Assembly: GCA_951406725.2 (NCBI GenBank) | Contig: OX597822.1 | Span: forward strand, 21,700,001-21,764,000 | Source: Octopus vulgaris | Lineage: Eukaryota | Reading direction: 5' to 3' | DNA length: 64,000 nt | In this document: positions 50,564-63,720 of the stretch, one piece after another | Layout of the letters: every line of letters starts with the position of its first letter | Numbering within the stretch: the stretch's first letter is position 1 | Notes under the pieces: model-generated | What the model was told of the DNA's origin: nothing | What the model saw: only the letters and a program-made list of their open reading frames with translations | The model's database searches: none | Position numbers and translations under genes: made by a program

Positions 50564-50600
<37 letters not shown>

Positions 50601-51539
50601 CACACACATACGCACATTGGAAGTCACTTATTGGGTCACTTTGCAACAGATGCTTTTAAGATAACATTAATTGGCTGATAACATTAAGCAGAGAATATAA
50701 CAATATTCTGAGTATGCTTGGGATTCACTAATATTGACAACAATAACTAATTGGTAGCATTATCTGTGATTGTAATAAATGCTTCCATTAACACACACAC
50801 ACACACACCCATTTAGATAGATAGATCTCTAACTCTTGCCAACTTAAGCCTCACCTCTCATCTCTCTGTCACTCATCTTTTCATCATTCATTTAACTATT
50901 GCATTAGTTTGCTTCTATAAATAACCAACTTGCTGTTTCAGCACTGCTAGTCACCATGTCCCCTCTGAATTACTCCCAGTTTCCTCTGTTCCTCTGTTCA
51001 TCATACTTATCATATATCCACTTATATTTACCATTGATCTATCCTAACTTTGTTAGCCATTCATTACATTCCCCTCTCCTGTACACCTCCATCCACCTCT
51101 GCCCAATGTCTCTCCCCACACAATTATAACCTTATCCAAGGATGATGATTCTCTTTTTCCATGTTTTCTTTATCTGTTATTTATCTTCTGGGACTAAAGG
51201 GAATGTTTTGCTTCCTCATCCCCTCCATATTTACCTACGTTTGCAGTACTATTCCAGTCCTCTGTGTAAAGTGTGAAGTGCTAATAAATCCAACTATACT
51301 CTTCCCAACATATATCATCATTTCAGTACCTTATATAAAGAAACCACTCTATCTTCTGTCCTCCCTCTCAGTTAAGGGGCTCTTGAGTCATGCAAGTTAC
51401 AAGGTGACCTCTCTGGTGCTGGTGCCATGAAAAAGCACCCAGTATTTCTTTGTAAAGTGGTTGGTGTTAGGAAGGGTATCCATTCATAGAAAATATGCCA
51501 AAACTGTGACACTGGAGTAAAACATGGCTCTTTGACCCC

Positions 51540-51938
51540 CATGGCTGTGTGGTAAGTAGCTTGCCTCCCAACCATGTCATTCTAGGTTCAGGCCCACTGC
51601 ATAGCACCTTGGGCAAGTGTCTTCTACTATAGCCTCTGGCTTACCAAAGCTTTGTGAGTGGATTTGGTAGATGGAAACTGAAAGAAGCTAGCTGTGTATG
51701 TGCGTACATGTGTGTGAATCTTTGTGCCTTGGTTTGTTACCCACCACTGTTTGACACCGTTGTTAGTGTGTTTATGTCCCTGTATCTTAGTGGTTCAGTA
51801 AATGACTCCAATAGAATAAGTACCAGGCTTGAAAAAACGGAAAATAATTACTGGGGTCGACTCATTTGACCAAAAATTCTTCAAGGTGGTGCAACAGCAT
51901 GGCTGTAGTCCGATGACTAAAACAAGTAAAAGATAAAG
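51540..51938 (+). mobile_element. SINE family A, preceded by an RTE 3' UTR fragment (51375-51535)
   Basis: Matches 39010-39413. Confidence 0.82.
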
Positions 51939-53154
51939 GAACCCATACCACTATCTAAAGTGGAGGGAAAAATGATAAGGAGGGGGATGATAATTTTATA
52001 CACACAAACACACACAATGGGATCTGGCTGTTTCTATCTGCCAAATTCTTGTCATAAGGTATAGGATAATGATCAATCCAAGACTATCATATAAGACACT
52101 TATACACGTTATCCCACTGTGAGATTAAATCTGGAATCACATGGTTGCAAAGTAATTGCTTAAATACACAAACCTACATGTATTTGTTGCTACATAAATG
52201 ATGATGATGATGATGATGATAAACTGGAATATTAAGAGATGAGTATTTTAGCTTGATACACTGTGCTGTGATGGTGACTTAATGATTCATTCAGTAAGCA
52301 AGCTGAGATTTTCAAGAAGTAAGTCGTAGTCTATTATTCTATAGTCTGAGGAGCCATGAAAATGTTGATGGCTTAGATATGTTAGAATAAATAGAGTGAT
52401 AATTTATTGTAAGACGGTACATATTTGTTAGAAAGTTTTGCAATCCAGAGATTTAATCTTTTTAATCATAGAAAAGAAATTTTGCTTTCCCATTGATTAA
52501 ATAAATTGCAATCTATTATTTTTATCCACCTCTGCATTAGAATGGAATGTGCTGTAGAGTTATTAAGTCGGAGATTTAACAGCTTTGTTTTCACTGCCTA
52601 TGGTGACTTAGTGTGGCATGTATAGATAATCTTCAAATTTCATTATAATAAAGATTGAAGCTAATAAATTTCAAACTACACCTTGGAAGGTTGGTTAATA
52701 ATTGATTGATTCTGTAATACTTCTTAAAAAGCAAACAGAAATAGCAGAGCAGTAATACATGGTATTGACCTAAAAGGGACAAGAAACTTGTGTATTATAA
52801 TCATTTTTGTATATTATCAGCAAAAAAAGAACAACATTTTTTTATATTATATGCTAGCAATAAGTACCACATTGGGGTTAAGAAGTGATGATAACATAAA
52901 CTGTGCATATTGAGAGTTTATTTACTGAATGTTAGTTTAAGTAAGCAAAAGAACTCACTCATCATAATATATTACATAATGCAGCATCTAGTTTAAGTAA
53001 AAGAAAGAATATTTATTTGCTTTAAATGTAACCTTAAAATGTGGTAGGATCTCAAAACCTAGGGATACCTTAGTTCATGAATTTAATTAAAAAATTACAT
53101 CAGGGATTTAAAAAAAATATATATTTTCCTCCTTTGAATTTGATTTCCTTTCAG

Positions 53155-53205
53155 ATTACAGAAACTTCTCTGCAAGTGTATATTTCAGATAAAACTGCAT
53201 GTTGA
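53155..53205 (+). CDS. Probable terminal coding exon (ITETSLQVYISDKTAC*)
   Basis: Strong acceptor tttgatttcctttcag, phase 0, stop at 53203-53205, AATAAA motifs downstream (~53367, ~53416). Confidence 0.5.
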   Translation: MTETSLQVYISDKTAC

Positions 53206-54470
53206 AAACAAGATAAATAATAATTTAAAAAATACATTACAGTAAAACAAATTTTTTTTTTTTGAAATAATATTTTAGTCTAATTTTGAATGAGTTTTAA
53301 TTAGAGGAATAAGACGTGAAAGCAAGTATAGTACTGAAAAGATATCACAGTATTAAAAATATATAAATAAAAACCTGTGTCAAAACCTGTTTACACTTGC
53401 AAAGTAATAAAATTCATATGTGATATTTAAAAATAAATATATATATAATAAAGCTATTATGGATAAGAGATGAAATAGTTTAACCAAATAATTCAGTTGA
53501 TGTCTCAATGTAACTAGCATATTTTGAACTGTTTACATAAAATCTCAGTTTCTTCAGTTTCAAGTTTAATGTCATCACAACTTACATAGTTATAGTTGCA
53601 CATTAAGAAATTTCAAAATTTATTGAAAATAATTCATTTGAGTACCTTATAATACTTGCTATTATGCAACACATGTTGACATTGTGGACTATTTCCAGAG
53701 AAGGGCACCTCATCTAACTGGGCATTCCATCACTTACTGAAATGGCTTATGCTCTTTGGAGCTCTTTGAAGTAACTGAAATGGCTTCTGTTCTTTGCAGT
53801 CCTGTACCTCCACCAATTGGGCATCTCCAAGATATTTGTCTCTCCACCTCTCATCATTTTTGTTGCATTCAACCTCCATTTCATTGTACTAACCACTGTA
53901 CTCAATCCTTCTTCCTTAGAGTATTTGCTCCCTGGAAGCTCCTCCTTGCTTACATCTGTCCTGTAGGTGTTCAACTGCAATATCTTAAACAGAACATTAT
54001 CAGCTTCAGTATCATCTGTCTCAGAGGGCCAGCAAAGGTAACAGTCTCTGTCCATCCCTTTAGATGCAGCAAGTAAAAGAAAAATGTCACATTCAGTTAC
54101 AAAGTTTCTGTTATCAAATTTCAACCTGTGACCAATAAAAAGAAGGCTTACACACATGTAGAGAAAGAGAGAGAGAGGGAGAGAGAGGGGATATTTTATT
54201 CATAGGGTTAAACACTATGCTGATGATTCTAATGGAAAGAAGGTAGTGTTTCTTGACTTGAACAAATTTGTGAGATTTTATCAAGAAGACAGCAGCTGCA
54301 TCAACAAATTTTGTCAGTACTGTATGTTGTATTAGTTCTCTCTCTTTTTCCATTTGATGTCAGTTTATCAAACATAACTATCTGCTCAGTATCTCTTAAA
54401 TTCAAATCCTGTCACTTTTTCAAAAATTTTCATTTATCTAGTTTTGTTACAATGTTTTAGACATATTAAT
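53175..54470 (+). repeat. Local segmental duplication, copy A (copy B 56316-58338)
   Basis: Shared blocks ttagtctaattttgaatgagttttaattagagg, aaacctgtgtcaaaacctgttt, ttttgaactgtttacat, ctgtgaccaat, gaacaaatttgtga. Confidence 0.85.
53690..54090 (-). mobile_element. Old RTE-like ORF C-terminal fragment, present only in duplication copy A
   Basis: LFKILQL..DVSKEEL..LSTVV..KWRL..MMR..W resembles the RTE C-terminus; absent at the equivalent point of copy B. Confidence 0.45.
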
Positions 54471-55339
54471 TATTTATTGAAGTGTCATGTTCTTTTCTGT
54501 AAGATCTTAACAATAAACCACTCACCACCAAAGCCTTTACATTTATAGTCTTGTAACTACCTAACTTACAATAACAGAATCACACAGTACTCAGTTCTTG
54601 ATGCCTTTGCTTGTGAGTAAAGGGAACTATTCTTGGTTGCTTTATATCTTCACTAAAAATCCATCAAAAGATAATTTGAACAAAATTAAATCTCAGCTCC
54701 ACTATTTTTTGGAACTTCATTGTTTGATAAAAATAAAGAAACCTCTCTGTCTGTCTGTCTGTTTCAGTCTATCTCTCTCTCTCAACTACTAACAATAGCA
54801 GCCACTTTCTCTCAAGTAGCACCTAACCATATTCAAAAACATGAAAGGACACATTAGATAATGTTTAGGTTACCCTGTGCCTAAGAGTTGATGGGATGGT
54901 CATATCTGAAATACCTTCAATCATATATCTGTTTAATTAGGGAAAACTTCGACTAAAAGCAACAATAACTTTGTTTCTGTTGTATAACAGTAGCAAGTAC
55001 TTAATGAATTTACTCAAGAACAAATTAGATATAGGATAAAATAGTAGAGCCAAAATTTTGGCATAGTATTATACTGGAATGTAAAAAAAAGACACAAATA
55101 CAACTGCATAGCTGTGGAAATGAAGATAGCAAAGACAGTAGCCTTGTGACATCTAACAACACTTTATTACATAACACTATATTTATAGCAAAGACGCTTA
55201 ATGGCAGTTTTAAGTCGTGTCTGCTTGCTAGTGGTGCATGGTTATACACTATACTGTTTAAAAGTGATTATTTGATTTGAATGATTACAATTTTAAATGT
55301 GAAAATTACATTATCAATGTGTGCTGGTGGTGGAAAACT

Positions 55340-55560
55340 TCTTAGTTGTTTTGCTTAGAGTGTAACATTTAAACTTGAAGTCATAGAATTTACTGAAAAT
55401 GAGCTCAACTATGCAGCTTGTAGGAAATTTATTGTTATTGAGAACAGTGTTGAGTTATGGGCAAAAAAATAAGTCTAACTGCAAGAAATATTAAGTAGAA
55501 GGGAATCTCTGAAGAGAAAGCAGGCTTACTATCCAAAATTGGCAAAAAGAATTGGTTAAG
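55340..55560 (+). mobile_element. Pogo-like transposase N-terminal (Brinker-type HTH) remnant
   Basis: TFKLEVIEFTENELNYAACRKFIVIENSVELWAKK resembles FKL.VI..AE...N.AA.R.F.V....VR.WRK. Confidence 0.5.
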
Positions 55561-56315
55561 TGAATGGAAGGTAAAACATGGATTTAGTGTAATGACAACT
55601 GAAGAGAAAGTTACAAGCAGAGTAAAACTAAATCAAAGAGAATTGCTAGAATTACTTTAAAAATCAATTGATGAGTTAGGCTACAATGATTTTAAGAGAT
55701 AAACTCATTCTAAAAACAATATCTCTTTTATTTTTTTTTTGTAAACCTGTACTTGTGACTGTACTTAAAAGTATTTAAACAAAATATACTGAGTGAAGGA
55801 GAAATTATGCTAGAGTCAGTTTTAGATTTTGTGTTTTAAAATTTCGATCTTATGTTGCTTTCTTAGAAATTATGAGTAACAATTGCTGCACCTGGGGATT
55901 GCATTATGTTAGAAGATAACATATTTACTGCGTTTAAAATAGAAAATGTAGGGGTCACAGTATATTTAAGAGTGTAATCTACTTGAATAAAAGTTGCAGC
56001 ATTGTACAAAGCAATAATAATAGAAACTGTATACCTCAAAAGGTATTGAATGATATTATATCTCAACGTCTGGTTTAAGTAATGCAAGCAAGCAAACTCC
56101 TTCTTATTACATATCAAATGTCTGGTTTAATTAATGCAGAGAACTTTGTGATCATATGTAAGATTTTTAAAAGACAGTTAAATCCCAACACCTAGAATTA
56201 CTTTGGTTCAAAATAAACAAATTAAAGGAAAGATTTAAAAGAATTTGCTGTAATGTCTTACCCCACCTTGAAACTAATTTTATTTGTGATAATGGAAATT
56301 TCTATTTAATGTCAG

Positions 56316-58150
56316 AGTGTATATTTTAGACAACACTGCATGTTGGATAAAAAAAAATCCAGTGGACAGAAAAGTTTTTAAATTTATATTTTAGTCTAAT
56401 TTTGAATGAGTTTTAATTAGAGGAAAAAGACATGAAAGAAAGTACAGCACTGAAAAGATATCACAGTATTATTAAAAATATATAAATAAAAACCTGTGTC
56501 AAAACCTGTTTGCACTCACCAAATAATAAAACTCTAGTATAATATTTAAAAAAAAATATATATATATGTATATATTCAGGGGATGGACAAAATAATGGAA
56601 ACACCTTAAAATTTCAAACAAATTTATTTTAATATGGTGTAGGACCACCTTTGGCAGTAATTACAGCTTGAATTCTATGAGGTATGTACTCATACAAAGT
56701 TTGAATTGTTTCCAAAGGAATTTTTGTCCATTCTTCAGCTAAAACAGTCTCCAGTTCTTGTAGTGATGATGGTGGAGGATATTGACTCCTTACTTGTTTT
56801 TCTAAACTGCACCAGAAATGTTCAATAATATTGAGATCTGGGGACTGTGGTGGCCAGATAAGATATTCAGCTTCACTAGAATTTTCCTCTTGCCATTCAG
56901 TAACCACTTTAGCTTGTGAAGTGGTGCATTATCATCCTGAAAGATTGCCTTTCCTTCCAGAAACAGTTCTGCAAACGATTGGGCTGGGGGATTTCCAAGG
57001 TATAGTCCCCCAGATCATCACAGATCCTCCTCCATGATTAACAGTTGGAAGAAGGCAGTCTGGGTCAAATGTTTCTTTTGGCTGTCTCCACACGTATACT
57101 CAGCTGGTGGCCGAAAATATGTAAAGCATGACTTGTTTGGGACCAATTCTCTAGGGACCAATTCTGTAGGTTTTTACTCCACTCTAAACGCTTTGCAACG
57201 TTTGTTTTTGAAAGTAGTAATTTTCTGATTGCAGCCCTCCCATAAAATCTGGCTTTGTGCAGCTCCTGGTGAACAGTTTTTGTGGAAACTGGGTTCTTGA
57301 GGTGGTTAGTAAGTTCTGCAGTAATTTTGAGAGCTGTACTTTTGTGATCCTTTCTAACAATTCGCGTAAGAGTCCAAAAGTCCCTATCTGAAAGTTTTGG
57401 TTTTCTTGAGTTTTTTTTGATGAGGAGGTTTTCTGAGACAATACTTCTTGATATATCAAATATTTTGGCTGTTTTAATTACGCTAGTATCTGCCATACGA
57501 GCACCAACAATTTGACCTCTTTGAAAGTCTGATAGATCTGTCATTTTAATGAATTTTAATTACCTTTTTCTGATTATATCTGAAAAGAAACAGCAATTTT
57601 AGCAAATCATATTAAGCAACACTAATAATAAATAAAAAAAAAAAAATAAACAAGCTTTTGATGGTTTTATAGATATTTTAAAATTATGATGCTATGATGC
57701 TAGGTATTTCCATTATTTTCCCAACCCCTATATATATATATAAACTACTATAGTTAAATGCAATAATTCTACTTCATAATTCAGTTGACATGTCAATATA
57801 ACTGGAATGTTTTGAACTGTTTACATGAAACCTCAGATTTAAGTCTTGTGCCAGTGTAGCTACAGTTGTATACTAGGAAATTTTGAAATTTAATGGAGAA
57901 AAACAAACTTATTTGAGTATATTATCTTGGCTGGTGTTAAGTTACACCTAGTGACTTAGTTTCTGCTATCAGATTTCAAACTGTGACCAATGAAAAGTGG
58001 ACTTACACATATACAGGATATTTTATTCATAAGGTTAAAAGTTATGCTAATGATTTTAATGGAAGGAAGATAATGTTTCTTGGTTGGAACAAATTTGTGA
58101 TGTATTATTGAGGAAAACAACGTTTTGTCAGCTATATCTGTTGTTATTAG

Positions 58151-58188
<38 letters not shown>

Positions 58189-58338
58189 TTCTCTCTCTCT
58201 CACCCCATTTCGTGATTTGGTGTCTGTTCATCTGCTCAGTATCTCAAGAATCCACACCTTGTCATTTTTTTTTTATTTCCATAGATCTAGTTTTGTTGTT
58301 ATCTTCTTTTATACATATTAAAGTTTTAGACATAGCTG
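56316..58338 (+). repeat. Local segmental duplication, copy B, interrupted by a Tc1-type element
   Basis: Homology to copy A resumes immediately after the transposon. Confidence 0.85.
56577..57730 (-). mobile_element. Tc1-type transposon, second copy of the 9276 family, with internal deletions
   Basis: TIR caggggatggacaaaataatggaaacacc; MTDLSDFQRGQIVGARMA, WPPQSPDLNIIEHFW, AKGGPTPY. Confidence 0.92.
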
Positions 58339-59859
58339 TGTAGTTCAGAAGTTTGCTTCTCAACTGCATGGGTTCATATTCAATCCTACTGGGTGGCAAC
58401 TTTTAGAAGTGCCTTCTATTCTAACCTCAAACCGACTAAAGCCTTGTGTCTTTGATAAACAGAAACTGAAAGAAGACCATCGTGTGTGAGTGAGTGTTTG
58501 CATATGTGCATGCATGTATGTAGGTGTTTCTGTGTGTCTTCTTGTATTGACATAAAACAACAGTTGTAAGTGAGTGCCATTGTCATACAAGTAGTGTCCT
58601 TCATTTTCAATCTTCTGGTTAAAGTTGTAAAGCGAAGGAGAAATATTACCAAGCTTGGAAACAGGTGAGGGTTGGCAACATGGAGTCCATTTGGCTGAAG
58701 AAAATCTGCCTCAGTAAATTTTGTCTGAAAAAGTGGAAGCAAAAATAATGATGTTGATGATGCTACATCATATTGCTGTTGTAAGATCTCAAAAGTGATT
58801 GTATTCTGGTTTGAATTTTTAGTTTATACTGTTTCACCTTTCGTTGTTAATATTCTTTGGAAAACAAGTATGTCTCAATATTTCTTTGAAAACATTCACA
58901 ATCTGAAATAAAATTTTTGAAAACTGCAGTAAATAATTTTTCTAAAGTTTTAACATTATTTTTGCTTCTCCATGGTTTACAAGTTTAAATATTTCTGTTT
59001 GAATATTTGAAACCAAATAAGGTTCCAAATATTCAAAATCTTTAGCATGCCAAATCGCTAGCAAAGTCGTGAGCATGCCAGGAAAAATACTAGAAGTAGT
59101 TTGTCCATTTTTACATCCTGAGTTCAAATTCTACCAAGACTGACTCTACCTTTCCTCTTTTCAGAATCGATAAAATAAGTACCACTTCAGCAATGGGCTC
59201 AATGTAATCATCTTTCCTCCTCCACTAAAACTGCTGGCCTTGTGCCAAAATCTGAAACCAATATTTGGAACCAATTTTTTTTTCATTTTTTCGCCATCAC
59301 CTATACAAACATTGCCATTATCATGAGTACTGCTGTTGGGATATATCGCTGTTCCATATCACCAGTCCTATTTCTGCTAATATCATCAAAAACATTTGGT
59401 TCAACATCATCCTAGCCACTAAAACAGCCATCTTATTATGAAAATTAAAATAATCATTATAATAACCTCCACAAGACATCCTAACAACGATCTTCCTAAA
59501 TGCCTATTATTGTCATGATTAGGGCCACCACCAATACACTTTATCAGCTAAACTTATACATATTTGTCATTAGCCATCAATAATTACATAAACATTCTAT
59601 CACCTATATAAACTCCAAATGTTGAACTTCCAATATCATACTAATAGGGTTTTTCTCTGTATTTTTATGGCCCAGTTCTGTTGCTAGAGTCAAAGTTCCA
59701 GCTTCAGCAGGCATTCAAAGTACTTTTGATGTATTTATTTTGTTTCATAAAACTTCTTCAGTATATATATCACCTCACTGTTAAAGATCAGATTCTGAAG
59801 ATCAATACATATCACTGTACTGCTAAAGAGCACACAGTAGAAATCAGTCTATAATCACA

Positions 59860-60140
59860 GGTATGGCTGTATAGTTAAGAAGCTCACTTTGGAACTAAAT
59901 GGTTTAGGGTTCAGTACTACTGCACAGTACCTTAAAGCAAGTGTCTCTTATAGTCTTGAACTGACAAATGCATTGTAAGTGAATTTGGTAAATGGAAACT
60001 GTGTGGAAGCTCATCATGCATATATCTATGTGTGAGTGTCTTTGTGTTTGTCCCCCTCACAGTATTTGACAACCAGAGTTGGTTTGTTTACATCCCCATA
60101 ACTTAGCAGTTCAGCATAAGAAACTTTAAAAATAACTACT
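59860..60140 (+). mobile_element. SINE family A (diverged); further decayed SINEs at 58335-58760 and 59045-59262
   Basis: Family head and body motifs recognisable. Confidence 0.7.
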
Positions 60141-61099
60141 GGGGTGGGTTTGTAGTCCACTACAATAGTCCAAGTTTCCCCCTAAAAAAAAGCAAAAGCA
60201 AAAAAGAACAGTTGGGGTGGGTGTCTTAGCTGGAATTCTTTCTGATCATAGGTTTGTTCAATCAGAGTTGACATGGGCTAATGCAATTTATGCAATCTGC
60301 ATTTGAACTCCTGGTAAACAAGTTCACAAACAATATATCTACCTCTATAAGTAGTCAACGGTCATACCTTTTATTTGGTTCACTAATAACCACAGGAAAT
60401 ATATTTAGCTTCATTTATTCTATAATTATTCATTCCATTTTTTCCATTTTTATATATTTGGAGTTTTGTTTTAGATCTTTTCCAGACATTTGTTTATATT
60501 ATGAGAATAAAATTAAAATTTCTGAAACCATTAATGCCAATATTTGTCCATTTTATACTTCTCCTCCTTACATTTCCCCTCTCCACTGCCAACATACACC
60601 CAGAGCTATCTTCTTTATGTTCTGTCATGTTTTAATGGTTAGATTGGGAAGCAGCATATGTATTTACTTTGAGTTGTGACTATTTTAGATTCACAGAACA
60701 GACTCTGTACAAGACCAACATCAGTTATTGGCAGATGAATGATGAGCTTGTGTGAGTGCATATATTTTGTTCATGCGTTTTGAGATTTTGTCTTTGAGAG
60801 GATTTCTCCCACTTTTCATTTGCTCTCAGTTCACACTCTCAGTTCACTTCCACCTTTTATTTCCCTTCACTCTTCAGTTTATCAGAAACTAAGAGGCAAT
60901 TTATATATTCTCTCTCTATCTATTCCTTTCTCTCTCTCTCTTTCTCTATTCTTTTCTTATCTCCCTCTCACTCATCATTTTCCTCTTTTGTTTTCTAATT
61001 ACTAATCACATACCTTTGCTCTTCCTTTCTCACTCATTTTCTCCTTTTATCTTACCTACTTATTCACATTTCCAAGTACACCTTTCCTTACTTTTCAAC

Positions 61100-61102
<3 letters not shown>

Positions 61103-61170
<68 letters not shown>
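61103..61170. repeat. (CT)n microsatellite
   Basis: Directly visible. Confidence 0.95.
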
Positions 61171-61174
<4 letters not shown>

Positions 61175-61611
61175 CATATCTGTTTCTTTTTTACTCTGTT
61201 TTATTCTTGCTCAACTTTTCTCTTGCATGATTATAAATTATGCATTATTTTATCTGTTCTTTCTTACTGTGATACAATTTCTTTCACTTCAATTCTCTCT
61301 CTCTCTCTCTTTCTCTCTCAGTTTCTTTTCATTATATCTTTTTACTTTCTCTTTAACCTAAACATCCTCATTCATTCTTTCTTTCTCTCTCTCTACTTGT
61401 GCGAAAATAATGAATCTGCATTACATTGTAGACAGATATCCAAAGGATGATCATAATATAAAGGAAATAATGAAAAAAAAACAAGAAAGAAATAAAGATG
61501 TGCATATGTCATGTTCCCTTATACCATATATGTATGTGTATGTCAAGTGTGTATGTATTTGTGTGTGTGTATATATATTTGGTGCATATATATATATATA
61601 TATAAATTTAA

Positions 61612-63720
61612 AGTGAGGATGAGAAATTAGATATTAATTTAATTAACATCAATTTAACACCAGTGGTCTAGCATATTAAAATCTGAAAGTTCAGTAAATT
61701 GTATTATATACATATGAGAGGGATGACCACTATGTGGACAATCCTTATGCTAGAAGTAGATCTGCTATGGTCTTATTCCTAAAAATGTTCTCAAGAAAAA
61801 TTAAGCAAACACCAGAACATAAGTCAGCAAGACAAATGACAAGTAACAAAATATAGATTATTCACATACATGTTTCACTATTAACGTAATTTTACTTACG
61901 CAACTTGTCCGTAGATCTTCAGTGTGGCCTTCCATACAAATATAATTTGCAGAACTATATATATGAGGACGTCTGCACAAGGTAAGACTTGTATCTAGTT
62001 CTACCTGTTACACTTGTGGTTATTTTTGAAAAGTCCTCATTTTGGTGCACTAAATTACTGGAAAATAATACTGTAGAAAATAATTTGAGATTTTATTAGA
62101 GAATACTACATACTCATTTCCATTAGCAGTACAAGAATTTTTAACCCGGTATCAACAATCTTATGATTTTTCCTTTTGTTATAAATATAATTGCTCATTT
62201 GTTTATTTTCATTATTAAATTCACCTATTCTTGCTATTTTGTCAACTTGAATATTTGATTTTAAATCCCTATTACTACATTTGTTATAAGTAGATTTTAT
62301 AGTGCTAGATTTTAGGTCTGCAATAGCAAAATTACTATTTAAATCTGATTCAATATTTAACTTATTAAGCTTAATTCTGAAGTGCCTAGTTATAATAATC
62401 TTCATTAAGTTTTGAAAATATTCTCATTGGCTGATAATTTACTTATTCTTGATGAAATGTTCTTTATTGGTGAGTTTGTTATGAATTTGGGATGATTACT
62501 TCCAATATTTATATATTTTATGTTTTCATTAGGTTTATGAAAGGGTTTATAAATTCCTTTTTAATTTCCAGTATAACAACTAAGAAGTTAACAAAATCAT
62601 GTTCATCCTCTCGACAAACCTATATTTTTTAAAAACTTAAGAAATTTCTTCTTGTATATTTCCAATATTCTACTAGATGTGTTTACAATTTTGAAAAGCA
62701 CATTTTCCCTGTATAAATCTCCTGCTATGTCAGGGAATTCCCTATTTAGAGAAAACAATGTATAAATTCCTACCAAATCAGTAACTTGCACTGAATCCAT
62801 AGAACCCATAGTAATGTCAAACATATTTGGTCTAACCTTCGTAATTCAATATTTATTCTCAAATTTAATGATAGATTTCCTAGCCTCCAAAATAACATCT
62901 ATTTCATCCCTAGTTATGTCTAGATTTTTCTTTGCAAACATCAGTGCCTTATTAAGTAGTATTGGGTTTATAGAAGCACAGTAATTTGAAATATCTATCT
63001 GGATGAATTTAGTTTTATTCTTAATTTGTATTTGTGTAAATCAGTTAATCACTTCATTTGAACTGGACCAAAGGTTTAGCTTTATTACATTCCTAAGTTT
63101 CGGTATATATTCATCTAATATGAATTAACTAATTCTATCCTGACCAGATTTAGGAGGACGTATAAGTCTAACTGTTGGATTTGCATCAAAGTTCGGTTTA
63201 TGGTCCTGACAAATAATTTTTGGTACCTTTGGTTAATAAGGTTCTGTTTTATCTTCCAAATTATATTTTAACAAAATTTCTTTTACCTGAAGGTTTAATT
63301 GTTTCAGGTTTTTGGAATCCATAATCATATAGTCTTTAATTATCTCTTTCTTTAGAAGTGAGTGGTACATTGATTAGTTTAAATGGTTAAGGCTATCCAT
63401 TTTATCAGCATGAGCCAGAATACCATCTTTATTCAAAAGTTCTTTAGTTTAAGTATGCAATTCTTTAAGGTGTTTGTTCATCCTAAGAGGGAATTTATGG
63501 AATTTTACATTTTTAACAATTCTCTAGAGTTCATCTTCGAAAGGGGCCAGATGTTGGTTAGGGTTAGGGTTAGTGGTGGATATCATCTTGTTATAAAATT
63601 TTGCTGTATATAGTTATCAATTACCATATTTTTAAGATGTTCTTTATTATCATGAACGTAGGCTTTCCATCTCATACAGTGTATAAAAGTAGGGATGCTT
63701 CAATGCTTATCACCTCCATC
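61612..63720 (-). mobile_element. Penelope-like retroelement: decayed reverse transcriptase plus 3' terminal region
   Basis: MFDITMGSMDSVQVTDLVGIYTL..DLYRENVL resembles PLE RT FDVTMGS.DGAE..ELVGLY.L..GLYRDDGL; also DHKPNFDANPTVRLIRPPKS, FIQIDISNY, YKPFHKPNE; many stops. Confidence 0.85.
61863..61926 (-). ncRNA. Type-I hammerhead motif downstream of the PLE RT, same strand
   Basis: Reverse complement caca-CTGAAGA-tcta..gcgtaa/ttacgt..tagt-GAAA-CATG-TA-tgtg; palindromic ACATGT. Confidence 0.7.

Noticed and set aside
50387-50567. Insert in (TA)n with a possible minus-strand hammerhead (TTGAAAA-cccca..tggga-GAAA)
   Set aside because: Stem I and the UH site do not fit; too decayed to call.
60281-61450. 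Hydrophobic 132-aa and 144-aa ORFs resembling membrane proteins
   Set aside because: T/C-rich low-complexity and (CT)n sequence; no splice or domain support.
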